Virus record (IMG/VR): IMGVR_UViG_3300032239_000632
Location: 1-59,258 of that record
From: a virus
Lineage: Duplodnaviria; Caudoviricetes
DNA length: 59,258 nucleotides
Reading direction: 5' to 3' (one strand)
Under the pieces are notes generated by a model. That model searched no databases and was not told the origin of the DNA. It worked only from the letters and a program-made list of their open reading frames with translations. This document shows, in pieces, positions 21,086-30,167 of this stretch. How positions within the stretch are numbered: position 1 is the first letter of the stretch; every line of letters begins with the position of its first letter. The translations under genes and the position numbers were made by a program.

Positions 21086-23434
21086 TTATACTCTTATATT
21101 TCCTGTACCTGTAGATTGTGCAAAAAATAATTCAAAGGATTCTTTACTCCAAGCATCAGTAGTTGAATTGTTAGGTACTTGTTGTGGTGGTTTTTGTGTT
21201 TGTTGTTGAGCACCACTAGAATTATTTCCCAGAACTGGTTGTGCGAAGCCCGTTATCATCTGTCCCATTAATTCAAAAACTTGATCCAATATACCACCCG
21301 AATTTCCAGAGATAGATGAATTATCTGAAAGTAATCCACCAGGTAATAATGAAGGAGTTCCTGATGATGCAACTGCTTGTCCTGGTGTATTTGGATTTGT
21401 ATCTAAATTTCTTGGTTTCTGTGCAAAGAATGTTACTGGATCTATATTATTACTTCCTTCTTTAATACCAAAATGTAAATGTGATCCTCTAGATTTACCG
21501 GTATTACCAACTGCACCAATAACTTGACCTGGAGTTACTGCTTGTCCTTGTGCAACATTTATCTTACTTAAATGTGAATATGTTGTTTTCTTTCCATCAC
21601 CATGGTCTACCTCAATATGATTACCAAAACCAGGAGTTGCGCCTGCAAAAGATACGGTACCTGCAACAGGAACTTTAACTGGTGATCCCGTTGGAGCACC
21701 AATATCCCAACCTTTGTGAAATGTTCCATCTCGTGGTTTAAAACCACTAGTAAATACACCACCAGGAACTATATCTTGAATTGAATTTGCGCCAAATCCA
21801 CTTTGTGTTGAACCACTTGAGGCACCATCATTACTGGTTCCCGTTGGTGTTGGTGATGTGGATGCAGCACTAGGTGATGTTTGTGTTGGTGATGTGCTTT
21901 GTGTTGGTTTAGTAGTTGCACCAGATGTTGTTGGTATTGCAACAGGTGATGTAGAATTAGCAGTAGTTGTATTTTGTGTATTTACTAGAGTTGGTGATGT
22001 AACTTCTTCATCATCTGGAAGATTACTATATTCTTTCCAAAAATTCCATAATGTATAAAGATCATATGCAGACATTGCTAAATTAAATGCTGCACCTATC
22101 CATCCCGCAAAAGGTATGGTTGCTAATGCACCAGCAGCAAGTAATTTTTCTCCTAATCTTATAAAAAAAGCAGGAGCTCTTTTTGATAAAAATTGCATAA
22201 ATTTAGCCCATGCACCTTTAGGAGCTTTCTTTTGAGCAATTTTTTCTTCTGCTGTCATTAAAAATCCTGGTTTATTACCAGCACCAGCAGTAGAATTCCA
22301 AGCATCTTTTATTTCTGGACCAAAATTCTTCACCGTTTGATAACCAGAATATGCAAGACTACCAGCCGCAGCAGTTGCTCCAATTTTACTTCCCAGACTC
22401 ATTTCTGTTTTAGGAGGTTGTGTATTACCGGGTGTATTACCAGATTTAGGAGGTTGTGTATTACCGGGTGTATTACCAGATGTATTATTTGTTGTATTTT
22501 CTTGATTAGATAGTAAATAAGATCCCAATAATCCTGCGCCAGCTGATAAAACAGCACCTCTCCATCCTCCACCACCTTTCTTAACAGAAACACCTTTGTT
22601 TGGCATATTAGGCGCAGGTATGCCTCCTGCCATTGCCCATTTTGCTGCTAATCCAAATATCACTCCACTCAATGCATTAAATGCTACATACAATCCCGCT
22701 ATAGCACCAACTACAACCAAAGCACCAGTTTTAATTTGATCCCAAACTTGAGCAAGACCCGTACCCTGCAATATAAGTTGAAAACCTTCCTTAATAGATT
22801 TTGCAAATTCTGGATCAGTAAACATTGCTTTTACAAATGCACCAATACCTACAAGTGTTAATGTCTTTAACATTATAGATACTAAACCACCACTAAAAAA
22901 TTCACCAACTAATCCTAAAAGCATTGAACCTATTCCAGGTTTTTCTTCACCTTCTACTTTTGTTGGTGCTAATTTTGAAGAAGAATCTTTTTTAAATTTA
23001 CTTTCATATGAATCTTCTTGAGCTTTTCTTGCACCAAAAAATGCAGAAGATGCTTTTGTTGCAGGTATAATACCAGTTGATTTAACTAATTTAGCAATAT
23101 TCTGCCTCATTAGATTCATATCTTTTGCCATTTGAGGCAAGAATAAACTATTCTTTGCAGTAATTTCTCCATTCATGCTAATTTTTGTCAACAATGATTT
23201 TGATTCTATATTACTAGAACCGAAATCACCACCTTTAGAACCACTAGCACGATAAGGTTTACCAAACATTTTTTGAGAGATGGCACCAGATATTCCACTT
23301 TGAGGTAGAATTCTTCTTATATCAGTTTTTTCTCTACCACGTTCTCCTAATGCTGAAAGATAGGCACTAACAAGACCTTTATCTTTGTTAAGTTCTTGAC
23401 GAAATATCTCAGCAATTCTTGAATCTTTAGCCAT
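21086..23434 (-). CDS. Tape-measure-like protein with C-terminal M23 peptidase
   Basis: Hydrophobic Ala/Gly helices; M23 motifs HKGWD, YSHL, HLHF; lies directly downstream of gp26/gp51. Confidence 0.75.
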   Translation of the reverse strand: MAKDSRIAEIFRQELNKDKGLVSAYLSALGERGREKTDIRRILPQSGISGAISQKMFGKPYRASGSKGGDFGSSNIESKSLLTKISMNGEITAKNSLFLPQMAKDMNLMRQNIAKLVKSTGIIPATKASSAFFGARKAQEDSYESKFKKDSSSKLAPTKVEGEEKPGIGSMLLGLVGEFFSGGLVSIMLKTLTLVGIGAFVKAMFTDPEFAKSIKEGFQLILQGTGLAQVWDQIKTGALVVVGAIAGLYVAFNALSGVIFGLAAKWAMAGGIPAPNMPNKGVSVKKGGGGWRGAVLSAGAGLLGSYLLSNQENTTNNTSGNTPGNTQPPKSGNTPGNTQPPKTEMSLGSKIGATAAAGSLAYSGYQTVKNFGPEIKDAWNSTAGAGNKPGFLMTAEEKIAQKKAPKGAWAKFMQFLSKRAPAFFIRLGEKLLAAGALATIPFAGWIGAAFNLAMSAYDLYTLWNFWKEYSNLPDDEEVTSPTLVNTQNTTTANSTSPVAIPTTSGATTKPTQSTSPTQTSPSAASTSPTPTGTSNDGASSGSTQSGFGANSIQDIVPGGVFTSGFKPRDGTFHKGWDIGAPTGSPVKVPVAGTVSFAGATPGFGNHIEVDHGDGKKTTYSHLSKINVAQGQAVTPGQVIGAVGNTGKSRGSHLHFGIKEGSNNIDPVTFFAQKPRNLDTNPNTPGQAVASSGTPSLLPGGLLSDNSSISGNSGGILDQVFELMGQMITGFAQPVLGNNSSGAQQQTQKPPQQVPNNSTTDAWSKESFELFFAQSTGTGNIRV
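22409..22480. repeat. Perfect 36-bp duplication (SGNTPGNTQPPK x2)
   Basis: tttaggaggttgtgtattaccgggtgtattaccaga at 22409 and 22445. Confidence 0.95.
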
Positions 23435-23437
23435 CTC

Positions 23438-23584
23438 TTATTTCCTATTTTTACTTGCTGCTTGTTGTGCTTTTATCTTCTCTCTCTCTTCATCTAAATG
23501 TTGCACCAATAAACTAACATATATTTCTCGTTCCCAAGGTATCATATTTTCAAGTTCTGTAAGACTATACTTGTGATGTTGCAT
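23438..23584 (-). CDS. gp51: gp51-like baseplate hub assembly protein, probably the C-terminal part of a gp26 frameshift product
   Basis: Hand translation MQHHKYSLTELENMIPWEREIYVSLLVQHLDEE...; the frame stays open upstream to the gp26 end (YYKTNFSL). Confidence 0.85.
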   Translation of the reverse strand: MQHHKYSLTELENMIPWEREIYVSLLVQHLDEEREKIKAQQAASKNRK

Positions 23585-23634
23585 TAATGAAAAATTAGTC
23601 TTATAGTAATTTCCTAGGGTATCATAACCAAATA

Positions 23635-24366
23635 TTATCCGAAAAAATCTTGGATTCCCTCTAATGTAATATCTTCATGATATCCACATTTTTTGCAAAC
23701 ATACCCAACTTGTTTTTGAATCTTAGGCATTGTATCAAAGAATACACGAATCTTTTCTAAATCTTTTTGTTGTATACCATCAATAAATTCTTCTAGTTCT
23801 TGTCTTGAAACATCTTTAACATAATAGATTTCATTTTCATCATATATGTAATCTAAACATGCGTAAATTGTTTCCATAACTGATTCAGCACCATCTCTAT
23901 CTGCCATATCACGTAATAATTCAAAAGTTGGATATTTCATAACAACACCAATTTTATCTGTCAATTGAATTTTATTGGTATGATCTGGATTAATTACCGG
24001 TTCAATTTCTAATACATTAACTGAAACTTCATTTACGGTACCACATTTCTTTTCACCTTCTTCTGCATCTGGTATGTTATTATTGCATTTATATTTTAAC
24101 TGTAATACTTCTGACACTGATCTACCACGAAGATTAATAAACAAATATTCTAAATCAAATACTGGTAAATTATCAACATCAATATCACTAATAATACAAT
24201 TCTTTAATACTTGTCTAATCACATCAATTGTATCTTGTGGATTAGTATTGTCGGCATTCATTAAAAACAATTTTTGTTCTTTTACTAAGAACGGTCTAAA
24301 TGTAACTTTTTCTTTTGTAGAAGGCAAGTTTACATTATATAAAGGCACATCAATTTTAGGTAACAT
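23635..24366 (-). CDS. gp26: Baseplate hub subunit gp26
   Basis: MLPKIDVPLY..LPST...FRPFLVKEQK, FDLEYLFINLRGRSV, FFDTMPK, LEGIQDFF. Confidence 0.92.
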   Translation of the reverse strand: MLPKIDVPLYNVNLPSTKEKVTFRPFLVKEQKLFLMNADNTNPQDTIDVIRQVLKNCIISDIDVDNLPVFDLEYLFINLRGRSVSEVLQLKYKCNNNIPDAEEGEKKCGTVNEVSVNVLEIEPVINPDHTNKIQLTDKIGVVMKYPTFELLRDMADRDGAESVMETIYACLDYIYDENEIYYVKDVSRQELEEFIDGIQQKDLEKIRVFFDTMPKIQKQVGYVCKKCGYHEDITLEGIQDFFG

Positions 24367-24384
24367 AATTTCTCCAATTAATAA

Positions 24385-25290
24385 TTAAAATCTATACGTA
24401 TCTGTTATTTGTCGTTTCGTTTGAACAAATGGTTGTAATACTACTTGTTTTGCATATCTAGCAGTAAATTGATTTTTCAAATTAAATAAATTCAAATCTA
24501 CTGGTGTTCCTGTGGATGGTAAATTGCGATTAATAGCTATTGGTTGTTCTCTTCCATATGTTTGTGATTTTGGATTTACACTCTCTGTGTATTTTGCTAA
24601 TCCACCAAATACATCCTGTGCTACTGATTCAACATCAAATCCACCATTATAAATTGTTCTAAATTTTTGATATGAAAATTGAACAGATACTCTATGAAAA
24701 TTATCATCTGACCAACTCAATGGTTGTGCGGCAACACCAATAGGAAATGCATCTATTAATTCTACTGCATATATCTGTTTAACATAATCATCAAATTGAA
24801 CAATCATAATATTAGTTACATATCCATCTGTACCATCTGTGCCTTTAGAAAATCTAACATTATTCGTATTATTTGGTGCAATAGATTCTAACCATATATC
24901 AAATAATTTTCTTTCATAAAAAGATTCGGCAGTAGATAAAAATTGTAATGTAGTTTCTGTATATTGTGCCAAATAAGGAACTTTATATCCAGGACCATAT
25001 ACTCTAGCATCTGAAGTTAATAATGTTTTTCCAGGTAACTCTGCCTGCTCACATTGCAATGATAACCATCTCGGAATGTTTTCACTTAATCCAAATGGTC
25101 CTCCAGTTTGAGTGTTTTCTAATCCTAATTGAAATCTTTGCATTGATCCATCATCTGCAGTTGTTTCTTGTCCACTAACAAATTTACTTATATATGAAGG
25201 TATAGGTAATATAACATGAAACCTATTGGGTTTTACTAATCCATTTTTACTGTTTATGTTTGAAAGAAATGATTGTGGTGTAAATGCCAT
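24385..25290 (-). CDS. Tail tube initiator (gp54/gp19-like)
   Basis: KPNRFHV, CEQAELPG, LIDAFPIGV..PLSW, VQFSY. Confidence 0.75.
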   Translation of the reverse strand: MAFTPQSFLSNINSKNGLVKPNRFHVILPIPSYISKFVSGQETTADDGSMQRFQLGLENTQTGGPFGLSENIPRWLSLQCEQAELPGKTLLTSDARVYGPGYKVPYLAQYTETTLQFLSTAESFYERKLFDIWLESIAPNNTNNVRFSKGTDGTDGYVTNIMIVQFDDYVKQIYAVELIDAFPIGVAAQPLSWSDDNFHRVSVQFSYQKFRTIYNGGFDVESVAQDVFGGLAKYTESVNPKSQTYGREQPIAINRNLPSTGTPVDLNLFNLKNQFTARYAKQVVLQPFVQTKRQITDTYRF

Positions 25291-25868
25291 TAGAATTTTT
25301 TCCTTGAATCAGACCAGACTTTTCCGGTACTTGCTTTTTCAAATCTTTCAACTGGCAACAATGCAGCGATATCCCATTCATTAGCATCTATATTAACAAA
25401 TCTAGATTGAACATGATTTGCCAAATATCTTTTAATGCATGGGGTTGCTTCAAATGATTTTGAAGCAGCACTCAATAAAGAATAACTTAATTTGAGTTTT
25501 GTTGTTGCATCATACTTATCATTAGTAGCATATTCACTTAACTTATCCAGAAGAATGATTCGTTGCTTTGGATGAATGTAATGCAAATTCAACCCTAAAA
25601 AACCGTCTGAGTATTGTTCTATTGGTATGACCAATGGGAACCTATCATAATATGGCAACGAATTCTTTGTCTTTGGATCATAATAAAAGAAGAACATACC
25701 CCCAATAAATTGATTATTTCTCATTCTTTGTTTATCTTTTAATATGGTTGAAGGTGTAGGTTTTAGTTCCCCTATCTTTGCCCGCAACCAATCTCTGGCA
25801 CGCCTAGTACCGGCATTGTATCCTGATTTTTGTAATTCTTGATTTATTCTGGTAATTAAGTAAGCCAT
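25290..25868 (-). CDS. gp2: DNA end protector protein gp2
   Basis: FYYDPKTK..LPYYDRFPLV, GFLGLNLHY, PCIKRYL..HV.SRF. Confidence 0.95.
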   Translation of the reverse strand: MAYLITRINQELQKSGYNAGTRRARDWLRAKIGELKPTPSTILKDKQRMRNNQFIGGMFFFYYDPKTKNSLPYYDRFPLVIPIEQYSDGFLGLNLHYIHPKQRIILLDKLSEYATNDKYDATTKLKLSYSLLSAASKSFEATPCIKRYLANHVQSRFVNIDANEWDIAALLPVERFEKASTGKVWSDSRKKF

Positions 25869-25946
25869 GATCTATTTATTCGCATTTTAACCAATATTTA
25901 ACAAAAAAAACATATAAGTATTGCTGTCCTTGGTTGATTTATAACT

Positions 25947-26396
25947 CTATTTGATACCTAATTCTCTTTCAGTAATGATCTGAAACACCCAACCATGTTC
26001 TTGACAGAATTCATCTGCTGCTTTCCATTTACATTGATTAATAACATATGTTGCTGCTTCATTAATATATCTTTTAGTCTTTCTCTTCTGTATTGGTTTC
26101 TGTGTTTGTGCTGATGGTTTAACTTCAATAACATATGTCATTACTTTACCATCTTTTTGTTTTACTTTAATAATGAAATCTGGAAAGTATCTGTGCATTT
26201 TATTATCTACAGGTGAGAAATATGGTATTGAAAACTCTTCAGATGCCCACCAAACTACCTTTTCCTGATCATCAAAATACTTCATACATCTAAGTTCCCA
26301 TGACGAACGATAGATTATGTTATTAGGATTGCCTTTATATTTCTGAGGATTCCTAGGTTTGAACAACCCTTTATAAGTATTTTTTCCATAAGACAT
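25947..26396 (-). CDS. gp4: Head completion nuclease gp4
   Basis: NPQKYKG, YRSSWE, WASEE, HRYFPDF, IEVKP, NQCKWKAA. Confidence 0.95.
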   Translation of the reverse strand: MSYGKNTYKGLFKPRNPQKYKGNPNNIIYRSSWELRCMKYFDDQEKVVWWASEEFSIPYFSPVDNKMHRYFPDFIIKVKQKDGKVMTYVIEVKPSAQTQKPIQKRKTKRYINEAATYVINQCKWKAADEFCQEHGWVFQIITERELGIK

Positions 26397-26413
26397 ACTT
26401 TTATGTATATGAT

Positions 26414-26437
26414 AAAAAACCCCACCGAAGTGGGGTT
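26414..26437 (-). terminator. Rho-independent terminator with C(UUCG)G loop after gp32
   Basis: - strand AACCCCAC-TTCG-GTGGGGTT followed by a U run. Confidence 0.9.
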
Positions 26438-26443
26438 CTTATT

Positions 26444-27337
26444 TTACGACTTCTCTGCAAGAGATTTGAAGTAGTCCATATCTTCATCATCTGCAGAATT
26501 CTTAAATACAGGTACATCAACATCCTCATGAAAACTATGAATAGAATCTTCTGCTTTAGTTTTCATATTAACTGAACCTTCTAATCCAAGAACTTTTTCT
26601 AATCTAGATTTCATTTGGTCATAAGATTTGAAATTCTTAGGATCATGAAATTCTTTTAATGAATATTCTTGATTGAATACTGCCTCAAGTTTATCACGAT
26701 CACCATCTAACAATGCACTTGGTTTATCAAATTCAGATTTATCATAATTGCGATAATTTTCTACATTACGAATCTTAATCTTAAAATTTGCACCTTCTAA
26801 TAGATGAAATGGATTGATTGGTGTTTCATCTGCAAATTCAGGATCCATTGCCTCTTTAAGTTTATCATAAATTTTAGTACCATACTTAAACAGTTTTACC
26901 TGTCCTTCATTTTCTTTATTGCTTGGATCAGAAACAATATAGACATTTGAATAATAACTTAACTTACGTTTTTGATTCCGTGCAAGGTTTTTGTTTGCAT
27001 CAATACCAGAATTCCATAATGTTGAATTGTGTTCACATACTGGACATTTACCATTGTTGATTGTAGTTAAACATTCATCAATCAACCATCCACCTGGTCC
27101 TTGAAAGCCATGTTTGAATACTCGTACCCAAGGAATACCATCATCACCACCATCTACTGCAGATGGAGGAAGAAACCGAATAATTGCCATACCGTTTCCT
27201 GCTTTATCTACTGATGGTTGCCATATTCTAGCATCATCTTTAGAACCAGAATCTGCAGTCCTACTTGTGTTCTCAATTTTCTTAATTAAACTATCTAAAC
27301 TATTTTGACTCTTCATCAATTTATCAAATGCACTCAT
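26444..27337 (-). CDS. gp32: Single-stranded DNA binding protein gp32
   Basis: DKAGNGMAIIRFLP, HGFQGPGGW, CPVCE, GANFKIKIR, YRNYDKSEF, acidic tail YFKSLA. Confidence 0.97.
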   Translation of the reverse strand: MSAFDKLMKSQNSLDSLIKKIENTSRTADSGSKDDARIWQPSVDKAGNGMAIIRFLPPSAVDGGDDGIPWVRVFKHGFQGPGGWLIDECLTTINNGKCPVCEHNSTLWNSGIDANKNLARNQKRKLSYYSNVYIVSDPSNKENEGQVKLFKYGTKIYDKLKEAMDPEFADETPINPFHLLEGANFKIKIRNVENYRNYDKSEFDKPSALLDGDRDKLEAVFNQEYSLKEFHDPKNFKSYDQMKSRLEKVLGLEGSVNMKTKAEDSIHSFHEDVDVPVFKNSADDEDMDYFKSLAEKS

Positions 27338-27410
27338 TTGTTTTGCCTCGTATTAGTTGTATGTTAATATATCGTCTTGTCCACATGATTCATAATATAA
27401 AAGTATTTAG

Positions 27411-27998
27411 TCATGCAAACTCCTTCAATAATATAGATTTCATTTTATCACATTCAAAGTGAATAAACGGCAAATATTTCAAACATTTCCGATTGAACTG
27501 TGGCCAACGAATAGTATCAGTAATTCGTTTAGACCACATCGGAAAAAAATTCATTAGAGAATTCATAATACATAAAGTCTCTAATTGAATATCTCTTTGA
27601 AGAGTCATCGTTAATAACTTTGGATAATCTCCATTAGTCTTAAACAAATCATTTGTATTCTCACAATTCTCTCTAATGTATTTGCAATCATTAGTAAAAT
27701 TGTAAGTCAATGCTTGGATTATCTTCATACGTTCTTTGTGACGTACCATAGCATCCTCTTCAAGTAACTTACCAACCCACATGTTTTCTTCACATAAAAA
27801 ATTAGATATAAAAAATTCTATACAATCTTCTTTCTCATTTCTACGTGATAACTTGTAAAAATAATATTTGTCTTTACGATTTTCAAAAGATTCAATAGTT
27901 ATTCTAGATTTACCTTGATACTTAAAATAATCATATGAATCAGTTGAAAAATGTAATTTAAGAGAATTGTATAAAGAGAAAACTTCATAACCTGTCAT
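27411..27998 (-). CDS. gp59: Helicase loader gp59
   Basis: LKLHF..YDYFKYQGK, FENRKDKYYFYKL, IQLETL, KYLPF. Confidence 0.92.
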   Translation of the reverse strand: MTGYEVFSLYNSLKLHFSTDSYDYFKYQGKSRITIESFENRKDKYYFYKLSRRNEKEDCIEFFISNFLCEENMWVGKLLEEDAMVRHKERMKIIQALTYNFTNDCKYIRENCENTNDLFKTNGDYPKLLTMTLQRDIQLETLCIMNSLMNFFPMWSKRITDTIRWPQFNRKCLKYLPFIHFECDKMKSILLKEFA

Positions 27999-28003
27999 AA
28001 TAA

Positions 28004-28225
28004 TTAAAAAGGTAATCGTGCTGATTTAGGCAATAGATTATGGTCTTGTGCATCCATTTCAATCTTTTCTTTGAGACTGTTATTTACTAATGTTGCAGCT
28101 ACTTCAACTTCAAGACCTGTTGTATTACAGTATTCAATTATAGCTTCATAATGAGTATAATTGGTATCTGAAACAATATTTTCAATTGCTTTAGCAAATT
28201 CCTTCATTTCCTCTTTAGTTGCCAT
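28004..28225 (-). CDS. gp33: Late transcription coactivator gp33
   Basis: FAKAIE, EAIIEYC...LEVE, SLKEKIE, ARLP. Confidence 0.9.
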   Translation of the reverse strand: MATKEEMKEFAKAIENIVSDTNYTHYEAIIEYCNTTGLEVEVAATLVNNSLKEKIEMDAQDHNLLPKSARLPF

Positions 28226-28497
28226 TACTTTACAATCGTTTGATACAGAGTTTCAAATTGCTCATGCACAGCAACTTCTTCATCATAATTTTGTTTATGA
28301 TAAACTTTTACCATACGATTAACAATTTTCTTGGGAATATTTAATTGAGTGCAGATATCTGATACTGCATTTTTAATTAAATCTTTTTCACCCTCTACTC
28401 TAGTTAATGCACCAGAACATTCACGTAATACACCAAGTAACTTCTGTTGGTCTGCCGGATTACTAATCATATTAATACTCAACTGTGTAACTGACAT
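28225..28497 (-). CDS. dsbA: T4-type double-stranded DNA binding protein DsbA
   Basis: KVYHKQNYDEE...FETLY; upstream of gp33 as in T4. Confidence 0.8.
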   Translation of the reverse strand: MSVTQLSINMISNPADQQKLLGVLRECSGALTRVEGEKDLIKNAVSDICTQLNIPKKIVNRMVKVYHKQNYDEEVAVHEQFETLYQTIVK

Positions 28498-28510
28498 AAT
28501 ATATTCTCCT

Positions 28511-28720
28511 TTATTTTTTCATTGCATAGGTAATACAAATTGCATCTGGATTTGTTGTATATGCACACTTAACTGAAAGTGGATCTACTCCTTTTGCAAT
28601 GGCTTGTTCAATATTTCTTGACATTAAAGTCCTATCATTAATCATATACATTGTTACTGAAACTGCACCAACAATTAACATACCAATCATTGTTATTGGA
28701 AACCAATCTAATTCTTTCAT
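28511..28720 (-). CDS. Small membrane protein
   Basis: N-terminal transmembrane helix, GVDPLSVKCAY. Confidence 0.65.
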   Translation of the reverse strand: MKELDWFPITMIGMLIVGAVSVTMYMINDRTLMSRNIEQAIAKGVDPLSVKCAYTTNPDAICITYAMKK

Positions 28721-29274
28721 AATTTTAACTCCTTTGTTAGATCATTCAAATCACTCTGCTTCTTATAAAAAATGTGTCTGCCTATCTGTATAGTCTTAAG
28801 TAAGTTCCAACCTGGATTTACATAATCTGCATGATAGTATGTTGCACCTTCAGTCACATCATCTATAAATTCATAATTCATTAATACTCTTACTGCTATT
28901 TCACGTATACTATTATACAACAAAGTATCTGTGATTGTCAAGGGTTTATTTAAGTTTGCCCTCTCACACACCCAAGAAAATTGACATATATTATTTTTCT
29001 TCTGATGAACTACACTACAAATTGTCGGTGCATAGTTACCAGATGCTAAACGATTCAAAGTTACAAGTGCTACTGCTACCTTACCAACATCCGATTCATG
29101 TCCCGCTTCAAAGTAAATATTCTCTGCTAAACAATCAACTTGTTTTTTAACAGGTTCAGTTAAACTTCTATATGAAACATTGATCGGTAAGAAATAAGTA
29201 TTTGGTACATTAACTGATAATATAACTACAGAAAATGCTACACAAATACTCATCATGGTTAATGGTATTCGCAT
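28717..29274 (-). CDS. Cell wall hydrolase (SleB/Hydrolase_2)
   Basis: CLAENIYFEA, AVALVTLNR, CQFSW, GATYYHADYVNP.W, IGRHIFY; N-terminal anchor. Confidence 0.92.
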   Translation of the reverse strand: MRIPLTMMSICVAFSVVILSVNVPNTYFLPINVSYRSLTEPVKKQVDCLAENIYFEAGHESDVGKVAVALVTLNRLASGNYAPTICSVVHQKKNNICQFSWVCERANLNKPLTITDTLLYNSIREIAVRVLMNYEFIDDVTEGATYYHADYVNPGWNLLKTIQIGRHIFYKKQSDLNDLTKELKL

Positions 29275-29292
29275 TGTTTTCTCCCTATGATT

Positions 29293-29605
29293 GTGATAGG
29301 TTATTCTGTTACGAGGAAACCTATCGAAACCCTAAGTAGCCGTTAAGCTGCTAATTGATAAACGCTTTCGTTTGCATTTATTGATTTTACTTTTAACGAC
29401 TATCTGTGTCGTGTTGTCTGTTTCGTTACTCATTGCCCTGTCGAAACTATTCACCCCCATCAAAAACACACTGGTACTCTAAGCCTGTTATGACTATTGT
29501 AATCAGAAATAAGAACTGGTCTGCTTTCCCAATGTGTTTATGGTGGAGGTGGGGGGATTCGCACCCCCGTCCAGAACACCTTTTACTTCACTTCATACAA
29601 CAATT
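29293..29605 (-). ncRNA. ssrA: Circularly permuted (two-piece) tmRNA; tag peptide (A)ANESVYQLAA
   Basis: On the - strand the T-arm/acceptor GACGGGGGTGCGAATCCCCCCACCTCCACCA ends at 29541 and precedes the 5' end GGGGGTGAATAGTTTCGAC at 29458. The acceptor stem has G3.U70. Tag ORF at 29375-29343. Outer boundaries are approximate. Confidence 0.92.
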
Positions 29606-29620
29606 CTATTAAATATCCTA

Positions 29621-30070
29621 TTAGAAGGATACTTTAACACCTGCACCGATTGAATTACCATCAAATGATGATACACGACTTTGACCAATCTGATAACGAT
29701 AATCAATTGTTGCTGCTACATTCTTAACAATAGGATATGATAAACCAACGCCACCTGTTACAGCATATCCATCTTTACTAGTTTGATTATCAAGCATTGC
29801 GGCACCAGCTTTAACTGAAACTTGAACTGGACCAACTTTGGCAACATCATAAGCACTAACTAAACTATAACGATCCTGATTGTTTTTGCCTTTAGTAAAC
29901 TGGTCATAACCTAAAGTAGCAGTAACACTACCAAATTTTTGACCAACGGTAATACCTTGACTATTACGATCTGTACCACTATAATCTTTAGTTACATTAA
30001 CACCTACTTCTACGCTTTGTGCTGAACCAATAATTGCCATCAATGAAACTGCTAGAATAGACTTCTTCAT
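29621..30070 (-). CDS. Small outer-membrane beta-barrel protein (OmpA/Ail/Lom-like)
   Basis: Signal peptide MKKSILAVSLMA..AQS, amphipathic strands, C-terminal GVKVSF. Confidence 0.8.
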   Translation of the reverse strand: MKKSILAVSLMAIIGSAQSVEVGVNVTKDYSGTDRNSQGITVGQKFGSVTATLGYDQFTKGKNNQDRYSLVSAYDVAKVGPVQVSVKAGAAMLDNQTSKDGYAVTGGVGLSYPIVKNVAATIDYRYQIGQSRVSSFDGNSIGAGVKVSF

Positions 30071-30138
30071 AATAACTCCTCTTTGTTTTGTTTAACTACC
30101 TTTAATACAGTCAAAAAATGAAATGACTTTATGTATTT

Positions 30139-30167
30139 ATTATACATCATACTTCATTACATGTCAA
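30139..30167 (-). promoter_or_regulatory. Sigma70-type promoter with overlapping late-type ATAAATA (30134-30140)
   Basis: TTGACA-17 bp-TATAAT on the - strand. Confidence 0.75.

Noticed and set aside
25947-26396. TnsA-like nuclease suggesting a transposon
   Set aside because: It is T4 gp4 in its normal position beside gp2; no transposon ends or partner genes
29406-29612. + strand 68-aa ORF
   Set aside because: Antisense to the tmRNA; WWRWGDSHPRP is the typical translation of a reverse-complemented T-arm
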